Positions 10,296-19,398 are shown, counted from the stretch's first letter. The stretch is 64,000 nucleotides of DNA from Candidatus Eremiobacteria bacterium (GCA_963737065.1 CAVTRC010000001.1:2048001-2112000), one strand, 5' to 3'. Translations and numbers: made by a program. The notes: a model not told the origin generated them from the sequence alone.

Positions 10296-10589
10296 ATGTA
10301 CCTACTCGAGGTCCTCAGCGGACCATTAGATGGAAAAACCTGGACGTTCGAGAGCGAAATTACGATTGGGCGCGACGATTCGGTCGCAGAAGCGTGCATC
10401 CCCCTTGACCGCTATGTTTCCCGCAAACACGCGCACCTACGCGTCGAGGGCCGGACGCTGCATGTCACCGACTTGGAAAGCCGTAACGGCACGAAAGTAA
10501 ACGGGGAAGTCGTCAACGGCAAGGCGACGCTCGATATCGGTGCGCCTTTTATCGTGGGGCGGACCGTGCTGCGTGTAACGCGCGCGTAA
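10296..10589 (+). CDS. stand-alone FHA domain protein
   Basis: TIGR, VSRKHA and DLESRNGTKVNG motifs. Confidence 0.9.
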   Translation: MYLLEVLSGPLDGKTWTFESEITIGRDDSVAEACIPLDRYVSRKHAHLRVEGRTLHVTDLESRNGTKVNGEVVNGKATLDIGAPFIVGRTVLRVTRA

Positions 10590-10601
10590 GCAAGCGCAGG
10601 A

Positions 10602-11426
10602 ATGCAAGTCGTTACAGCGGTCCTGCAGGCGCGCGCCTTGTTCGAAGTGATGCCACGTCCGCTTGGTTTCGTCCCCACAATGGGTGCGTTGCATGAAGGT
10701 CATTTGGCGCTGGCGCGGCGCGCGCGCGAAGCATCCGCCGGTGTTGCGGCTTCGATTTTCGTCAATCCGTTGCAGTTCGGCGCAAACGAAGATCTTCAAA
10801 CGTATCCGCGCGATCTCGAGAGCGACCGCGCGAAGTTCGCGGCTGCGGGTGTCGACGTACTGTTTCTTCCGGATCAAGCCTCGATGTATCCGCCTGATTT
10901 TTCGACAAGCGTCGATGTGGGCGAGATCGGCACGCGCTTCGAAGGCGCCGCCCGGCCAACGCATTTTCGCGGGGTGACGACGGTCGTGTCGAAGCTGCTC
11001 AATATCGTTCGTCCAGATACGCTCTACTTAGGACAAAAAGACGCTCAGCAAACTGCCGTGCTACGCCGGATGATTCGCGACCTCGCCATTCCGGCCACCG
11101 TCGTCATCGTGCCGACCGAGCGCGAGATCGACGGGCTCGCGCTCTCGAGCCGTAATCGCTACTTAGCGCCCGAAGAACGGCAAGCCGCACCGTCGCTACA
11201 CCATGCGCTCGAAGCGCTGCGCACGGCGATGCAGAACGGCAAGTCGAAGGCGGATGCTATCGCGGTTGCGCGAACGCGGCTCGATCCGCTCGCACGGGTC
11301 GACTATCTCGACGTCGTCGACGCGAATACGTTTGCGCCGATCGACGTGCTTGCACCGCCCGCATTCGTGATCGGAGCCGCGCGATTCGGCTCCACGCGGC
11401 TGCTGGACAATCTATGGATCGAATAG
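10602..11426 (+). CDS. panC: pantoate--beta-alanine ligase
   Basis: PTMGALHEGH, FVNPLQF, GQKDAQQ and GLALSSRN motifs. Confidence 0.95.
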   Translation: MQVVTAVLQARALFEVMPRPLGFVPTMGALHEGHLALARRAREASAGVAASIFVNPLQFGANEDLQTYPRDLESDRAKFAAAGVDVLFLPDQASMYPPDFSTSVDVGEIGTRFEGAARPTHFRGVTTVVSKLLNIVRPDTLYLGQKDAQQTAVLRRMIRDLAIPATVVIVPTEREIDGLALSSRNRYLAPEERQAAPSLHHALEALRTAMQNGKSKADAIAVARTRLDPLARVDYLDVVDANTFAPIDVLAPPAFVIGAARFGSTRLLDNLWIE

Positions 11427-12619
11427 ATCCGTTGCCCGGCGCCCGCGTCCTGCTCGGCGTCTGCGGCGGAATCGCGGCGTATAAGATTGCTTCGCTGACA
11501 AGCGCACTTGTTCAGCGCGGCGCCATCGTCGACGTCATGATGACGGCGGAAGCCGAGCACTTCATCGGATCGCTCACGTTCTCGTCGCTGACCGCGCGTC
11601 CGGTCTACACTTCGTTGTGGGATGCGCCCGAACACATTCCGCATATCCGTCTCGTGCGCGAAGCGGACGTTGCGGTCGTCGCACCGGCGACCGCCAACGT
11701 CATTGCGAAACTGGCGCACGGCATCGCCGACGATCTGCTGACCACGGCGCTGCTCGCGGCGCGCATTCCGGTACTCGTAGCGCCCGCGATGAACAGCGCT
11801 ATGTACGACGATGCGGCGACGCAGGCGAACCTGGACACGCTGCGCGCGCGCGGATATTGCTTCATCGACCCAGAGCGCGGCTTTCTCGCCGAGCGCGAGC
11901 CGGGTGTCGGACGTCTCGCCTCTGAAGAGCGATTGCTCGATGCGATTACGGACGTGCTGCACCGCAAAAAGTCGCTTGCGGGAAAGCGCGTTGCGATTAC
12001 CGCCGGTCCAACACGCGAAGCGTTCGATCCGATTCGCTTCATCAGCAATGCGTCGACCGGGTCGACCGGCATTGAACTTGCGCGCGAAGCATCGTTGCGC
12101 GGTGCGGACGTGACCTTGCTTCTTGGGCCGACCCTCCTCGAACCGCCGGCCGGTGTGCGCGTTGTCCGTTTCACGTCGGCGCAAGAACTCTACGAAGCGG
12201 CATTGCATGAAGCAACCGGCGCCGATCTAACGATTGCAACGGCAGCCGTTGCCGATTGGCGCCCCGCCGAGCGCGCCGAGTTGAAATTGAAGAAGACCGC
12301 CGACGATCTTACCGCACGGATGGTTCGCAATCCGGACGTCCTCGCGGCGCTCGGCGAGCGAAAAGCGCAGACGTTTCTCGTCGGCTTCGCCGCGGAAACC
12401 GACCTGCACGAAACGCACGCGCGCGAGAAGCTGACGCGAAAACATCTTGATGCCATCGTCGTGAACGACGTGCGCGGCGAACGCGGATTCGGGCGTGTCG
12501 AAAACACGTTGACGCTATTGTGGGGAGAGGACGGGCGCAAGAACCTCGGTACGGCGGCAAAAGCGCAACTCGCCGTGCGCCTCTTCGATGCGATTGAAGA
12601 GTTGATGCGATGTTCTTAG
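11414..12619 (+). CDS. coaBC: phosphopantothenoylcysteine decarboxylase / phosphopantothenate-cysteine ligase
   Basis: GGIAAYK, APATAN, PAMN, TAGPTRE..DPIRFISN and VGFAAET motifs. Confidence 0.95.
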   Translation: MDRIDPLPGARVLLGVCGGIAAYKIASLTSALVQRGAIVDVMMTAEAEHFIGSLTFSSLTARPVYTSLWDAPEHIPHIRLVREADVAVVAPATANVIAKLAHGIADDLLTTALLAARIPVLVAPAMNSAMYDDAATQANLDTLRARGYCFIDPERGFLAEREPGVGRLASEERLLDAITDVLHRKKSLAGKRVAITAGPTREAFDPIRFISNASTGSTGIELAREASLRGADVTLLLGPTLLEPPAGVRVVRFTSAQELYEAALHEATGADLTIATAAVADWRPAERAELKLKKTADDLTARMVRNPDVLAALGERKAQTFLVGFAAETDLHETHAREKLTRKHLDAIVVNDVRGERGFGRVENTLTLLWGEDGRKNLGTAAKAQLAVRLFDAIEELMRCS

Positions 12620-13392
12620 CGATCGACGTCGGCAATACGGAAACGAAGCTCGGCATCTTCGAGGACGCCGCCGACGAGCTCGTGCATCATTGGCGCATCA
12701 ATACCGATGCACGCCGTACGGCGGACGAATACGGGGTGTTCTTCACGCAGCTTTTTGCGACCGCATCGTTGCCCGTGAACGCGATCGATGCGGTTGCGAT
12801 CGCAAGCGTCGTTCCGCGGCTCGACAACACGCTCGCCGGCGTCTGCGAGAAGTTCTTCAACGTGCGCGCGCACTTTCTCGAACCGCAGCGGCAGGACCTG
12901 ATCGAGATCCGCACCGAGCGTCCGGCGGAAGTCGGCGCGGATCTGGTCGCGGCGGCGATCGGCGGCCGGCAGCGCTACGGAGCGCCCTTGATTGTCGTAA
13001 GTTACGGTACGGCGACCGTCTTTACGGCGATTTCGCCGCAAGGCGAGTATCTCGGCGTTGCGATTGCGCCGGGCATCAATGTCTCGATCGACGCATTGGT
13101 CGGGCGAACCGCCAAACTTCCGCAAGTCGCACTCGAAGCGCCGGATCGCGCGATCGGCCGCAACACGATCGAAGCACTCCAAGCGGGATTCATGTACGGG
13201 TTCGTCGGCCAAAGCGAAGCGATCATCACGCGCATGCGGGCCGAGATGCAATACGATGCGCGCGTCGTAGCGACCGGCGGTCTTGCCGACGCCGTAGCGC
13301 GGCACAGTTCGCTCATCGAACGTGTCGATCCGAACTTGAGCCTTATCGGGCTGCAGTTGTTCTATACAAAGCTGCACGACGCCGGCACGTGA
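12610..13392 (+). CDS. coaX: type III pantothenate kinase
   Basis: LAIDVGNT, VGADL, GTAT and ATGG motifs. Confidence 0.92.
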   Translation: MFLAIDVGNTETKLGIFEDAADELVHHWRINTDARRTADEYGVFFTQLFATASLPVNAIDAVAIASVVPRLDNTLAGVCEKFFNVRAHFLEPQRQDLIEIRTERPAEVGADLVAAAIGGRQRYGAPLIVVSYGTATVFTAISPQGEYLGVAIAPGINVSIDALVGRTAKLPQVALEAPDRAIGRNTIEALQAGFMYGFVGQSEAIITRMRAEMQYDARVVATGGLADAVARHSSLIERVDPNLSLIGLQLFYTKLHDAGT

Positions 13393-13438
13393 ATCTGCGA
13401 CCCGTCCAAAGACGAGTCATGGTATACTGCGGGTTGCC

Positions 13439-14446
13439 ATGACCCCCGTCGTAGCGCCGCTCGCCGTCGGCGAGCACACCATTTGGCCTCCGCTCATTCT
13501 GGCGCCGATGTCCGGCGTAACGAACCGGACCATGCGTGCGCTCTATAAGCCCTTTGGGCTTGGTCTTACGGTGACCGAGTTCGTTTCGTCCAACGCGCTG
13601 CAGTACGGCAGCAAGCGGACGATGGAGATGATCGACCAGCACGGAATCGAGAAGCCGGTTTCGACGCAGCTCTGGGGCGACGACCCGAAGGTGATGGCGA
13701 GCGCGGCGAAGGTCGTGCGCGAATGCGGCGCGGACATCGTCGACATCAATTTCGGCTGTCCCGCCCCGAAGGTGACGAAGACGAACGGTGGCTCGGCATG
13801 TCTGCGCGACCTCGATCGCTGCGAAGCGATCATGGCGGACGTTGTCGAGGCCGTCGATTGTCCGGTGACGATGAAGATGCGTCTCGGCTGGAGCGAGGAT
13901 AAACTCGTGTACGTCGATGTCGCGAGGCGCGCCGAACGCGTGGGCATCAAAGCGGTGACGCTGCACGCGCGTACCGCGCGGCAGTTCTACAAAGGCACTG
14001 CCGACTGGGATCACATCAAACGGTTGAAAGCCTCCGTCGGCATTCCGGTTATCGGTAACGGCGATCTCGACGATCCGCACGTCGCGATGCAACGCATGCG
14101 CGATACGGGCGTGGATGCAATCATGCTGGGCCGTGCGACGTTGGGTAACCCGTGGTTGATTTCGCAGATTCGCGAATTGATGGAGGGCCGCGAAGCCCAG
14201 CCGGCGCCATCGGATGCGGACCGCTTGCGGTTCTGCATCGTGCACTACAAGCGCATGGTGGACGAATTGGGCGAAGCGCGAGCGGTTCCGCAAATGCGCA
14301 AACACGTCGCATTGTATCTGAAAGGCATTCCGCGCGCCGCGATTCTGCGCGAGCGAATCATGCGCATTCCAACCGCGCATGAGGCTGTCGGCGTCATCGA
14401 AGAGACGATCGAACGTCTGGAACGCGAGTGCTACGTTGCCGCATAA
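13439..14446 (+). CDS. dusB: tRNA-dihydrouridine synthase B
   Basis: LAPMSG, DINFGCP, HART, IGNGD and GRATLGNPW motifs. Confidence 0.9.
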   Translation: MTPVVAPLAVGEHTIWPPLILAPMSGVTNRTMRALYKPFGLGLTVTEFVSSNALQYGSKRTMEMIDQHGIEKPVSTQLWGDDPKVMASAAKVVRECGADIVDINFGCPAPKVTKTNGGSACLRDLDRCEAIMADVVEAVDCPVTMKMRLGWSEDKLVYVDVARRAERVGIKAVTLHARTARQFYKGTADWDHIKRLKASVGIPVIGNGDLDDPHVAMQRMRDTGVDAIMLGRATLGNPWLISQIRELMEGREAQPAPSDADRLRFCIVHYKRMVDELGEARAVPQMRKHVALYLKGIPRAAILRERIMRIPTAHEAVGVIEETIERLERECYVAA

Positions 14447-14476
14447 AAAACGAGGAGACCGCATTGCGACCTCCTC

Positions 14477-14518
14477 GTCTCGTAGCTCAATTGGATTGAG
14501 CACGGCCCCGACTAAGCA
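14477..14518 (+). repeat. inverted copy of the 5' half of the adjacent tRNA-like gene
   Basis: GTCTCGTAGCTCAATTGGATTGAGCACGGCCCCGACTAAGC versus GCTCGTAGCTTAATTGGATAAAGCACGGTTCCGACTAAGC. Confidence 0.7.
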
Positions 14519-14572
14519 CCCTGACTTTAGCGCGGCCGACCAAACCGCGTCAAGGTGCTTGAGTCCTTGGGT

Positions 14573-14646
14573 CGCGCTCGGCGGGACTCGAACCCGCATC
14601 TCCGGCTTAGTCGGAACCGTGCTTTATCCAATTAAGCTACGAGCGC
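14573..14646 (-). tRNA. tRNA-like gene with an Arg-type body and a non-canonical anticodon loop (CCGACUA)
   Basis: Acceptor stem GCGCTCG/CGAGCGC, D-arm GCTT-AATTGGATA-AAGC, anticodon stem CGGTT/AGCCG and T-arm GCGGG-TTCGAGT-CCCGC. Confidence 0.7.
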
Positions 14647-14650
14647 TGTG

Positions 14651-15934
14651 ATGCAATCACGCGATGGACAGTCGTTGACAACCGAGACCGCGCACGATCT
14701 TGCCGGCGAAGCGTTCGAGAATTACAAGCAGTACATTAATCCGCCGTTGGCGCGCGTGATGAAGCTCTCAGGCTCGCCGGTTGAAGTCCGCGCTTCGGGC
14801 ACGACGATTTGGGATCAGAACGGTAAGGCGTATCTCGATTTCGCCGGCGGCTACGGCGTCTTCACGCTCGGACACTCGCATCCGCGTGTGATTGCCGCGG
14901 TCCGCGAGCAGATGGAGTCGATGTCGCTTTCGGGCAAGACGATGTTCAACGTTATGCTCGGACGAGCGGCGAAACGTCTCGCGCAACTCGCGCCCGGAGA
15001 TCTCCAGTATTCATTTTGGTGCAATAGCGGAACCGAAGCGGTAGAAGGCGCGATCAAGCTCGCGCGTGCCGCAACGGGACGGATAAAGATCGTTGCAACG
15101 CGCGATGCATATCACGGAAAAACGATCGGCGCCCTGTCGATTAGCGGTCGCGAAGCTTTTCAAACGCCGTTTCGTCCGCTTCTGGCTGACGTGGCGCACG
15201 TCGATTTTGGAGACGCATCCGTGCTCGATGACGCGCTGCGCGATGCGGCCGCATTCATCGTGGAACCCGTGCAAGGCGAAGGCGGCGTAAACGTCCCGCG
15301 CGACGGCTATCTGCGCGCCGTTCGCGATGCGTGCGATCGCACCGGCGCGGTCTTTATCGCCGACGAAGTGCAAACGGGTCTCGGCCGCTGCGGTTACCGG
15401 TTCGGTTGCGATCGCGACGGCGTCGTTCCCGACGTCATGACGCTCGCGAAGGGACTCTCCGGCGGCGTCATTCCGGTCGGGGCGTTCATCGCACGCCCCG
15501 ACCTGTGGAATCGCGCGTACGCGAAGCAGCCGCTCGTACACACGTCGACATTCGGCGGAAGCGAAATCGCATGCGCCGCCGCGCTCGCCGCGATGGACGT
15601 TCTCGAGGACGAGGACCTCATCGCAAACGCGCGCGATCGCGGTGCACAATTGCTCGACGGATGCCGTGCGCTTGCAACGCAATTTCCTCACGTGATTCGT
15701 GAAGCGCGCGGCGTCGGGTTGCTCGTCGGCGTTGAACTCACGAACGAGGGCTACGGCGGCTGGATCATTCCGGAAATGTTGAAAGCCGGCGTGACGGCCG
15801 CGTGGACGCTGAATCAGCAGCGCGTTATTCGCTTGGAGCCGCCGTTGGTGGTCACCGGCGACGAAGTACAGTACGCGCTCGCGGCATTGCGGGCAGGGGT
15901 AACAACCGCCGGTGAGAAGCTAGGGCGCTTGTAA
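14651..15934 (+). CDS. class-III PLP aminotransferase (omega-transaminase / putrescine aminotransferase-like)
   Basis: YLDFAGGYG, NSGTEAVEGA, YHGKT, EPVQGEGG, DEVQTG, AKGLSGG and STFGG motifs. Confidence 0.92.
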   Translation: MQSRDGQSLTTETAHDLAGEAFENYKQYINPPLARVMKLSGSPVEVRASGTTIWDQNGKAYLDFAGGYGVFTLGHSHPRVIAAVREQMESMSLSGKTMFNVMLGRAAKRLAQLAPGDLQYSFWCNSGTEAVEGAIKLARAATGRIKIVATRDAYHGKTIGALSISGREAFQTPFRPLLADVAHVDFGDASVLDDALRDAAAFIVEPVQGEGGVNVPRDGYLRAVRDACDRTGAVFIADEVQTGLGRCGYRFGCDRDGVVPDVMTLAKGLSGGVIPVGAFIARPDLWNRAYAKQPLVHTSTFGGSEIACAAALAAMDVLEDEDLIANARDRGAQLLDGCRALATQFPHVIREARGVGLLVGVELTNEGYGGWIIPEMLKAGVTAAWTLNQQRVIRLEPPLVVTGDEVQYALAALRAGVTTAGEKLGRL

Positions 15935-15941
15935 ATCGATC

Positions 15942-16376
15942 ATGCCCTACGTCGAAACCACGATTGCGATCGCGGCGCCTGCGCGCGCGGTTTACGAGCT
16001 CGCGAAAGATCAGGAGCGGTTCCCGCAATTCATGCCGGACGTCGAAACCGTGTCGGTTCTCGAACGCCATGCGGATCATTGGATCACACGCTGGAAGACG
16101 CTTGTGGAAGAAGCGCCGATCGAGTGGACGGAAGAAGATCGTTTCGATGACGACGCATTGCGCATCGATTACAAACTGCTCGAGGGCGATCTCGATAAGT
16201 TCGAAGGCGCGTGGACATTCGAAGAACGTGACGGCATAACGCACGTGCTGCTCGGCGTCGACTACGATTTCGGCGTGCCGACGCTCGCGCAGTTGATCGG
16301 CCCGACCCTAGAGAAAAAGGTCAAGGAAAACAGCGAGATGATGCTCGCAGCGCTCAAACGCGAGGCTGAAAAGTGA
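15942..16376 (+). CDS. SRPBCC/START (Coq10/polyketide cyclase-like) ligand-binding protein
   Basis: IAAPARAVYEL..D.ERFPQFMPDV and EGDLDKFEGAWTF motifs. Confidence 0.85.
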   Translation: MPYVETTIAIAAPARAVYELAKDQERFPQFMPDVETVSVLERHADHWITRWKTLVEEAPIEWTEEDRFDDDALRIDYKLLEGDLDKFEGAWTFEERDGITHVLLGVDYDFGVPTLAQLIGPTLEKKVKENSEMMLAALKREAEK

Positions 16377-16673
16377 TGGGGGCCCCAAAGGCCTTTGGGG
16401 GGGCGCGCAGCCGCAGGCGGAGTGCCTGTCAAACAGAGGGGTCCCCGAAGTGCGGAGCACTTTGGGGATGAAGGAAAACAGCGAGATGATGCTCGCAGCG
16501 CTCAAACGCGAGGCTGAAAAGTGATGGGGCCCCAAAGGCGTTTGGGGGGCGCGCAGCCGCAGGCGGAGTGCCTGTTAAACAGAGGGGTCCCCGAAGTGCG
16601 GAGCACTTTGGGGATGAAGGAAAACAGCGAGATGATGCTCGCAGCGCTTAAACGCGAGGCTGAAAAGTGATGG
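16323..16673 (+). repeat. 3' end of the SRPBCC gene repeated three times, separated by two copies of the ~88-nt structured repeat
   Basis: AAGGAAAACAGCGAGATG...GAAAAGTGATGGG at 16323, 16471 and 16617; repeat elements at 16378-16467 and 16526-16613. Confidence 0.9.
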
Positions 16674-17794
16674 GCACCCAAAGCGCTCGGCCGAAATTCT
16701 GCTTCGTCATTCACCCGCTTTCGCTGCTGGACGTTGCCCGTTATGAGCCGGGCGCGGCGGGCAAGGGAGAGCCGATCATTCGCAAGATTCTCGAGTGGAT
16801 GCCGTCGTACGCTGCGGTGCATGTGACCGGCGTGCGCACGCCGGACGGTCGCGAAACGGAAGGGTGGTTCGTGGCCGCGCCGCTGCTGCCCGAGCAGATC
16901 ATGGAGTTGCCGCGCGAAGAGGTGTACAAGCGAATCGTGCGCGCGATCGAGATCGGTGCGGAACTCGGCGCAAATGTTGCGGGACTCGGGGCGTTCACCG
17001 GCGTCGTCGGTGACGGCGGCATCACGATTGCGCAACGGTCGCCGATCCCGGTGACGACGGGAAACTCGCTCACGATTGCCGCCGGAATCCAAAGTCTATT
17101 CCGCGCCGCGCGCGAAATGGAGATCGATCCGTCGACGTCAACCGCCGTCGTCGTCGGTGCAACGGGTTCGATCGGAAGCGCATGCGTGAAGCTCATTGCG
17201 TCGCGCGTCAAAGACGTGATTCTCGTCGCGCGCAACGCCACGCGTTTAGCGAAGTTTCACGAAGAGGTGCGCGACGAGCTTCCGTGCGACTCGACGTACA
17301 CGACCGATATTCCGGACGCCGTGCGCCGTTCGCAATTGATTCTTACCGCGACATCGTCGACGCAAGATATCATCGAGCCCGAAGATTTGCAAACCGGCGC
17401 GGTCGTCTGCGAACTATCCCTTCCGCACGACGTCAGCCGGCGTGTTGCGTTGGAGCGTCCCGACGTCCTCGTCACCGAAGGCGGCAACATGTGCGTGCCG
17501 GGTGCGCCTCGATTCGAACGCGTCCGTGAACCCGGAACGGATTTCGATTTGAATCTCCCTCCGCGCACCGCACTCGCCTGCATGAGCGAAACCATGGTGC
17601 TCGCACTCGAACGCCGCTTCGAGTCGTATACACTCGGCCGCGGCATCGATGTAGCGAAGGTCGTCGAGATCGAAGAGATGGCCGGACGCTGTGGGTTCAC
17701 GCTCGCCGGCATGCGTGCATTCGACGCAGCGATTACGCGCGAAAAAGTAACGGCGACCCGAGAAGCCGCCGCCGCACGGCGCGTCGCTGTATGA
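16670..17794 (+). CDS. acyl-ACP reductase-like NAD(P)-dependent oxidoreductase (COG5322-like)
   Basis: FCFVIHPL, GLGAFT, TTGNSLT, VGATGSIG Rossmann motif and ACMSETMVLALE with the putative catalytic Cys. Confidence 0.8.
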   Translation: MGTQSARPKFCFVIHPLSLLDVARYEPGAAGKGEPIIRKILEWMPSYAAVHVTGVRTPDGRETEGWFVAAPLLPEQIMELPREEVYKRIVRAIEIGAELGANVAGLGAFTGVVGDGGITIAQRSPIPVTTGNSLTIAAGIQSLFRAAREMEIDPSTSTAVVVGATGSIGSACVKLIASRVKDVILVARNATRLAKFHEEVRDELPCDSTYTTDIPDAVRRSQLILTATSSTQDIIEPEDLQTGAVVCELSLPHDVSRRVALERPDVLVTEGGNMCVPGAPRFERVREPGTDFDLNLPPRTALACMSETMVLALERRFESYTLGRGIDVAKVVEIEEMAGRCGFTLAGMRAFDAAITREKVTATREAAAARRVAV

Positions 17795-17835
17795 AGCCTG
17801 GTACGGCGCCGCCGCATCGCGGTTCAGCCGTTGCT

Positions 17836-17986
17836 CGACGAGGTCCCGCTGCATGATCGCTCGCGCCGCCATGTTCTTTAGGCGCGCCCTAGGGGCGTTT
17901 CAAGCGCACCGAGTTCTGTCGCGCGCCATGCACGGGGGGCCCCACAACGTGGGGGGCGCGGAGGCTCGGCCGGAGCGCCGTTCAAA
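17836..17986 (+). repeat. ~150-nt structured element, copy A
   Basis: Shares CGACGAGGTCCCG, TTTAGGCGCGCCCTAGGGG, TTCTGTCGCGCG-CATG, CCCAC-N3-GTGGG and GGAGCGCC with 20717-20863. Confidence 0.75.
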
Positions 17987-18892
17987 ATGAAAAAAATCGT
18001 GTCGGTGTCGCTTGGCTCGTCGACACGCGATCATCGCGCCGTCATCGATCTCATGGGCGAGGACTTCGATATTTCACGCGAAGGTGTCGACGGCAAATTG
18101 GACGTGGCGATCAAACGGGTCGAGGAGCTCGACGGGAAGGTCGATGCGATCGGGCTCGGCGGGATCGACGTCTACCTGTATGCAGGATCGAAGCGGTATG
18201 CGTTGCGCGACGGCTTACGTTTGCTCAATGCGGCGAAAACTACGCCGGTCGTTGACGGAAGCGGTCTCAAGAACACACTCGAACGCGAAGCGGTCCGATA
18301 TATGCAAGACGACCTGCACATCGATCTTCGCGGGAAAAAAGTGCTGATGGTGAGCGCGCTCGACCGCTTCGGTATGGCGCAGGCGCTCGTCGACGCCGGT
18401 GCGGATGTGCTCTTCGGTGACTTCATCTTCGCGCTCGACAAAGACATGGCGGTGCGCGATCTCAAGACATTCGAAGAGATGGCGGAAAAATATCTCCCGG
18501 ACGCCTGCAAACTGCCGTTTCAATTTTTTTATCCCACAGGGAAGAAACAAGAGAAGCCGCCCGAGCCGAAGTATCCGCAGTACTACGACGAAGCCGACAT
18601 CATTGCGGGCGACTTCCATTTCATGCGCCAGTTCATGCCGCGTCGCCTCGACGGAAAGATCGTGTTGACCAACACCGTTACGCAAGCGAATATCGACGAA
18701 CTGCGCGATCGCGGCGTTACGATGTTAATCACCACGACGCCCGACTTCGAAGGCCGTTCGTTCGGAACGAACGTCATCGAAGCGGCATTGCTCGCGTTCC
18801 TCGGCAAGCGCTGGGAAGATGTGACGCCCGCGGACTACGAGCGCGTGTTGCGGGAATTGCGTCTGCGTCCGCGGGTCATCTCGCTGAATTGA
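17987..18892 (+). CDS. conserved uncharacterised protein (family often labelled quinate 5-dehydrogenase)
   Basis: VSVSLGSS.RDH, GLGGIDVYL, VVDGSGLKNTLE and GRSFGTNVIEA motifs. Confidence 0.7.
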   Translation: MKKIVSVSLGSSTRDHRAVIDLMGEDFDISREGVDGKLDVAIKRVEELDGKVDAIGLGGIDVYLYAGSKRYALRDGLRLLNAAKTTPVVDGSGLKNTLEREAVRYMQDDLHIDLRGKKVLMVSALDRFGMAQALVDAGADVLFGDFIFALDKDMAVRDLKTFEEMAEKYLPDACKLPFQFFYPTGKKQEKPPEPKYPQYYDEADIIAGDFHFMRQFMPRRLDGKIVLTNTVTQANIDELRDRGVTMLITTTPDFEGRSFGTNVIEAALLAFLGKRWEDVTPADYERVLRELRLRPRVISLN

Positions 18893-19398
18893 TCGTCGGC
18901 GTCGTTTCCGACACGCACCTTCCGCGCTTCGGTTGCGAGTTGCCGCCGGCGCTCGTGCGCGGCTTGCGAACGGCGAACGTCGACGTCATCGCGCATTGCG
19001 GCGATTTGACGGAACTGATGGCGATCGACCTACTCCGGGAGATCGCGCCCGTCGTTGCGGTCGCCGGCAATAACGACGCGAAGCAGCTGCATAAAGAGCT
19101 GGGCGAGCGCAAAATCATCGAAGCGGGCGACGCGCGCATCGGCGTCGTGCATGGCCACGCCGGGAAGGGACGCTCAACCGCCGACCGCGCGTTCAATGCG
19201 TTCACCGATGAGGCGGTCGACGTAATTCTGTTCGGTCATTCGCACATTCCATATCGTGCGCGGCGCGACGGCGTACTGCTGTTCAATCCGGGTTCGCCTA
19301 CCGACAAACGGCTAAATCCCGCATATTCGTATGGGATCGTGCGCGTCGACGGCAAGCGCGTGCGCGCCTCACATCGCTTCTATCTCTCGAAGAAGTAA
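18889..19398 (+). CDS. YfcE/MJ0936-like metallophosphoesterase
   Basis: SDTH, HCGD, GNND, HG, GHSH and NPGS motifs. Confidence 0.9.
   Translation: MIVGVVSDTHLPRFGCELPPALVRGLRTANVDVIAHCGDLTELMAIDLLREIAPVVAVAGNNDAKQLHKELGERKIIEAGDARIGVVHGHAGKGRSTADRAFNAFTDEAVDVILFGHSHIPYRARRDGVLLFNPGSPTDKRLNPAYSYGIVRVDGKRVRASHRFYLSKK

Noticed and set aside
13343..14599. Long antisense ORFs (418 aa here; similar at 37080..38285, 35060..36040 and 11303..12208)
   Set aside because: They are shadow ORFs opposite well-supported genes in GC-rich DNA and carry no recognisable motifs.
14573..14646. Plain tRNA-Val(GAC) or tRNA-Arg(CCG) call
   Set aside because: The loop lacks U33 and R37, CCG is out of register with the stem, and the body looks Arg-like, so the isotype cannot be assigned.
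16323..16673. Repeat-spacer-like periodicity suggesting a CRISPR array
   Set aside because: The repeats are ~55 nt of coding sequence, the intervening segments are near-identical rather than unique, and there are no cas genes.
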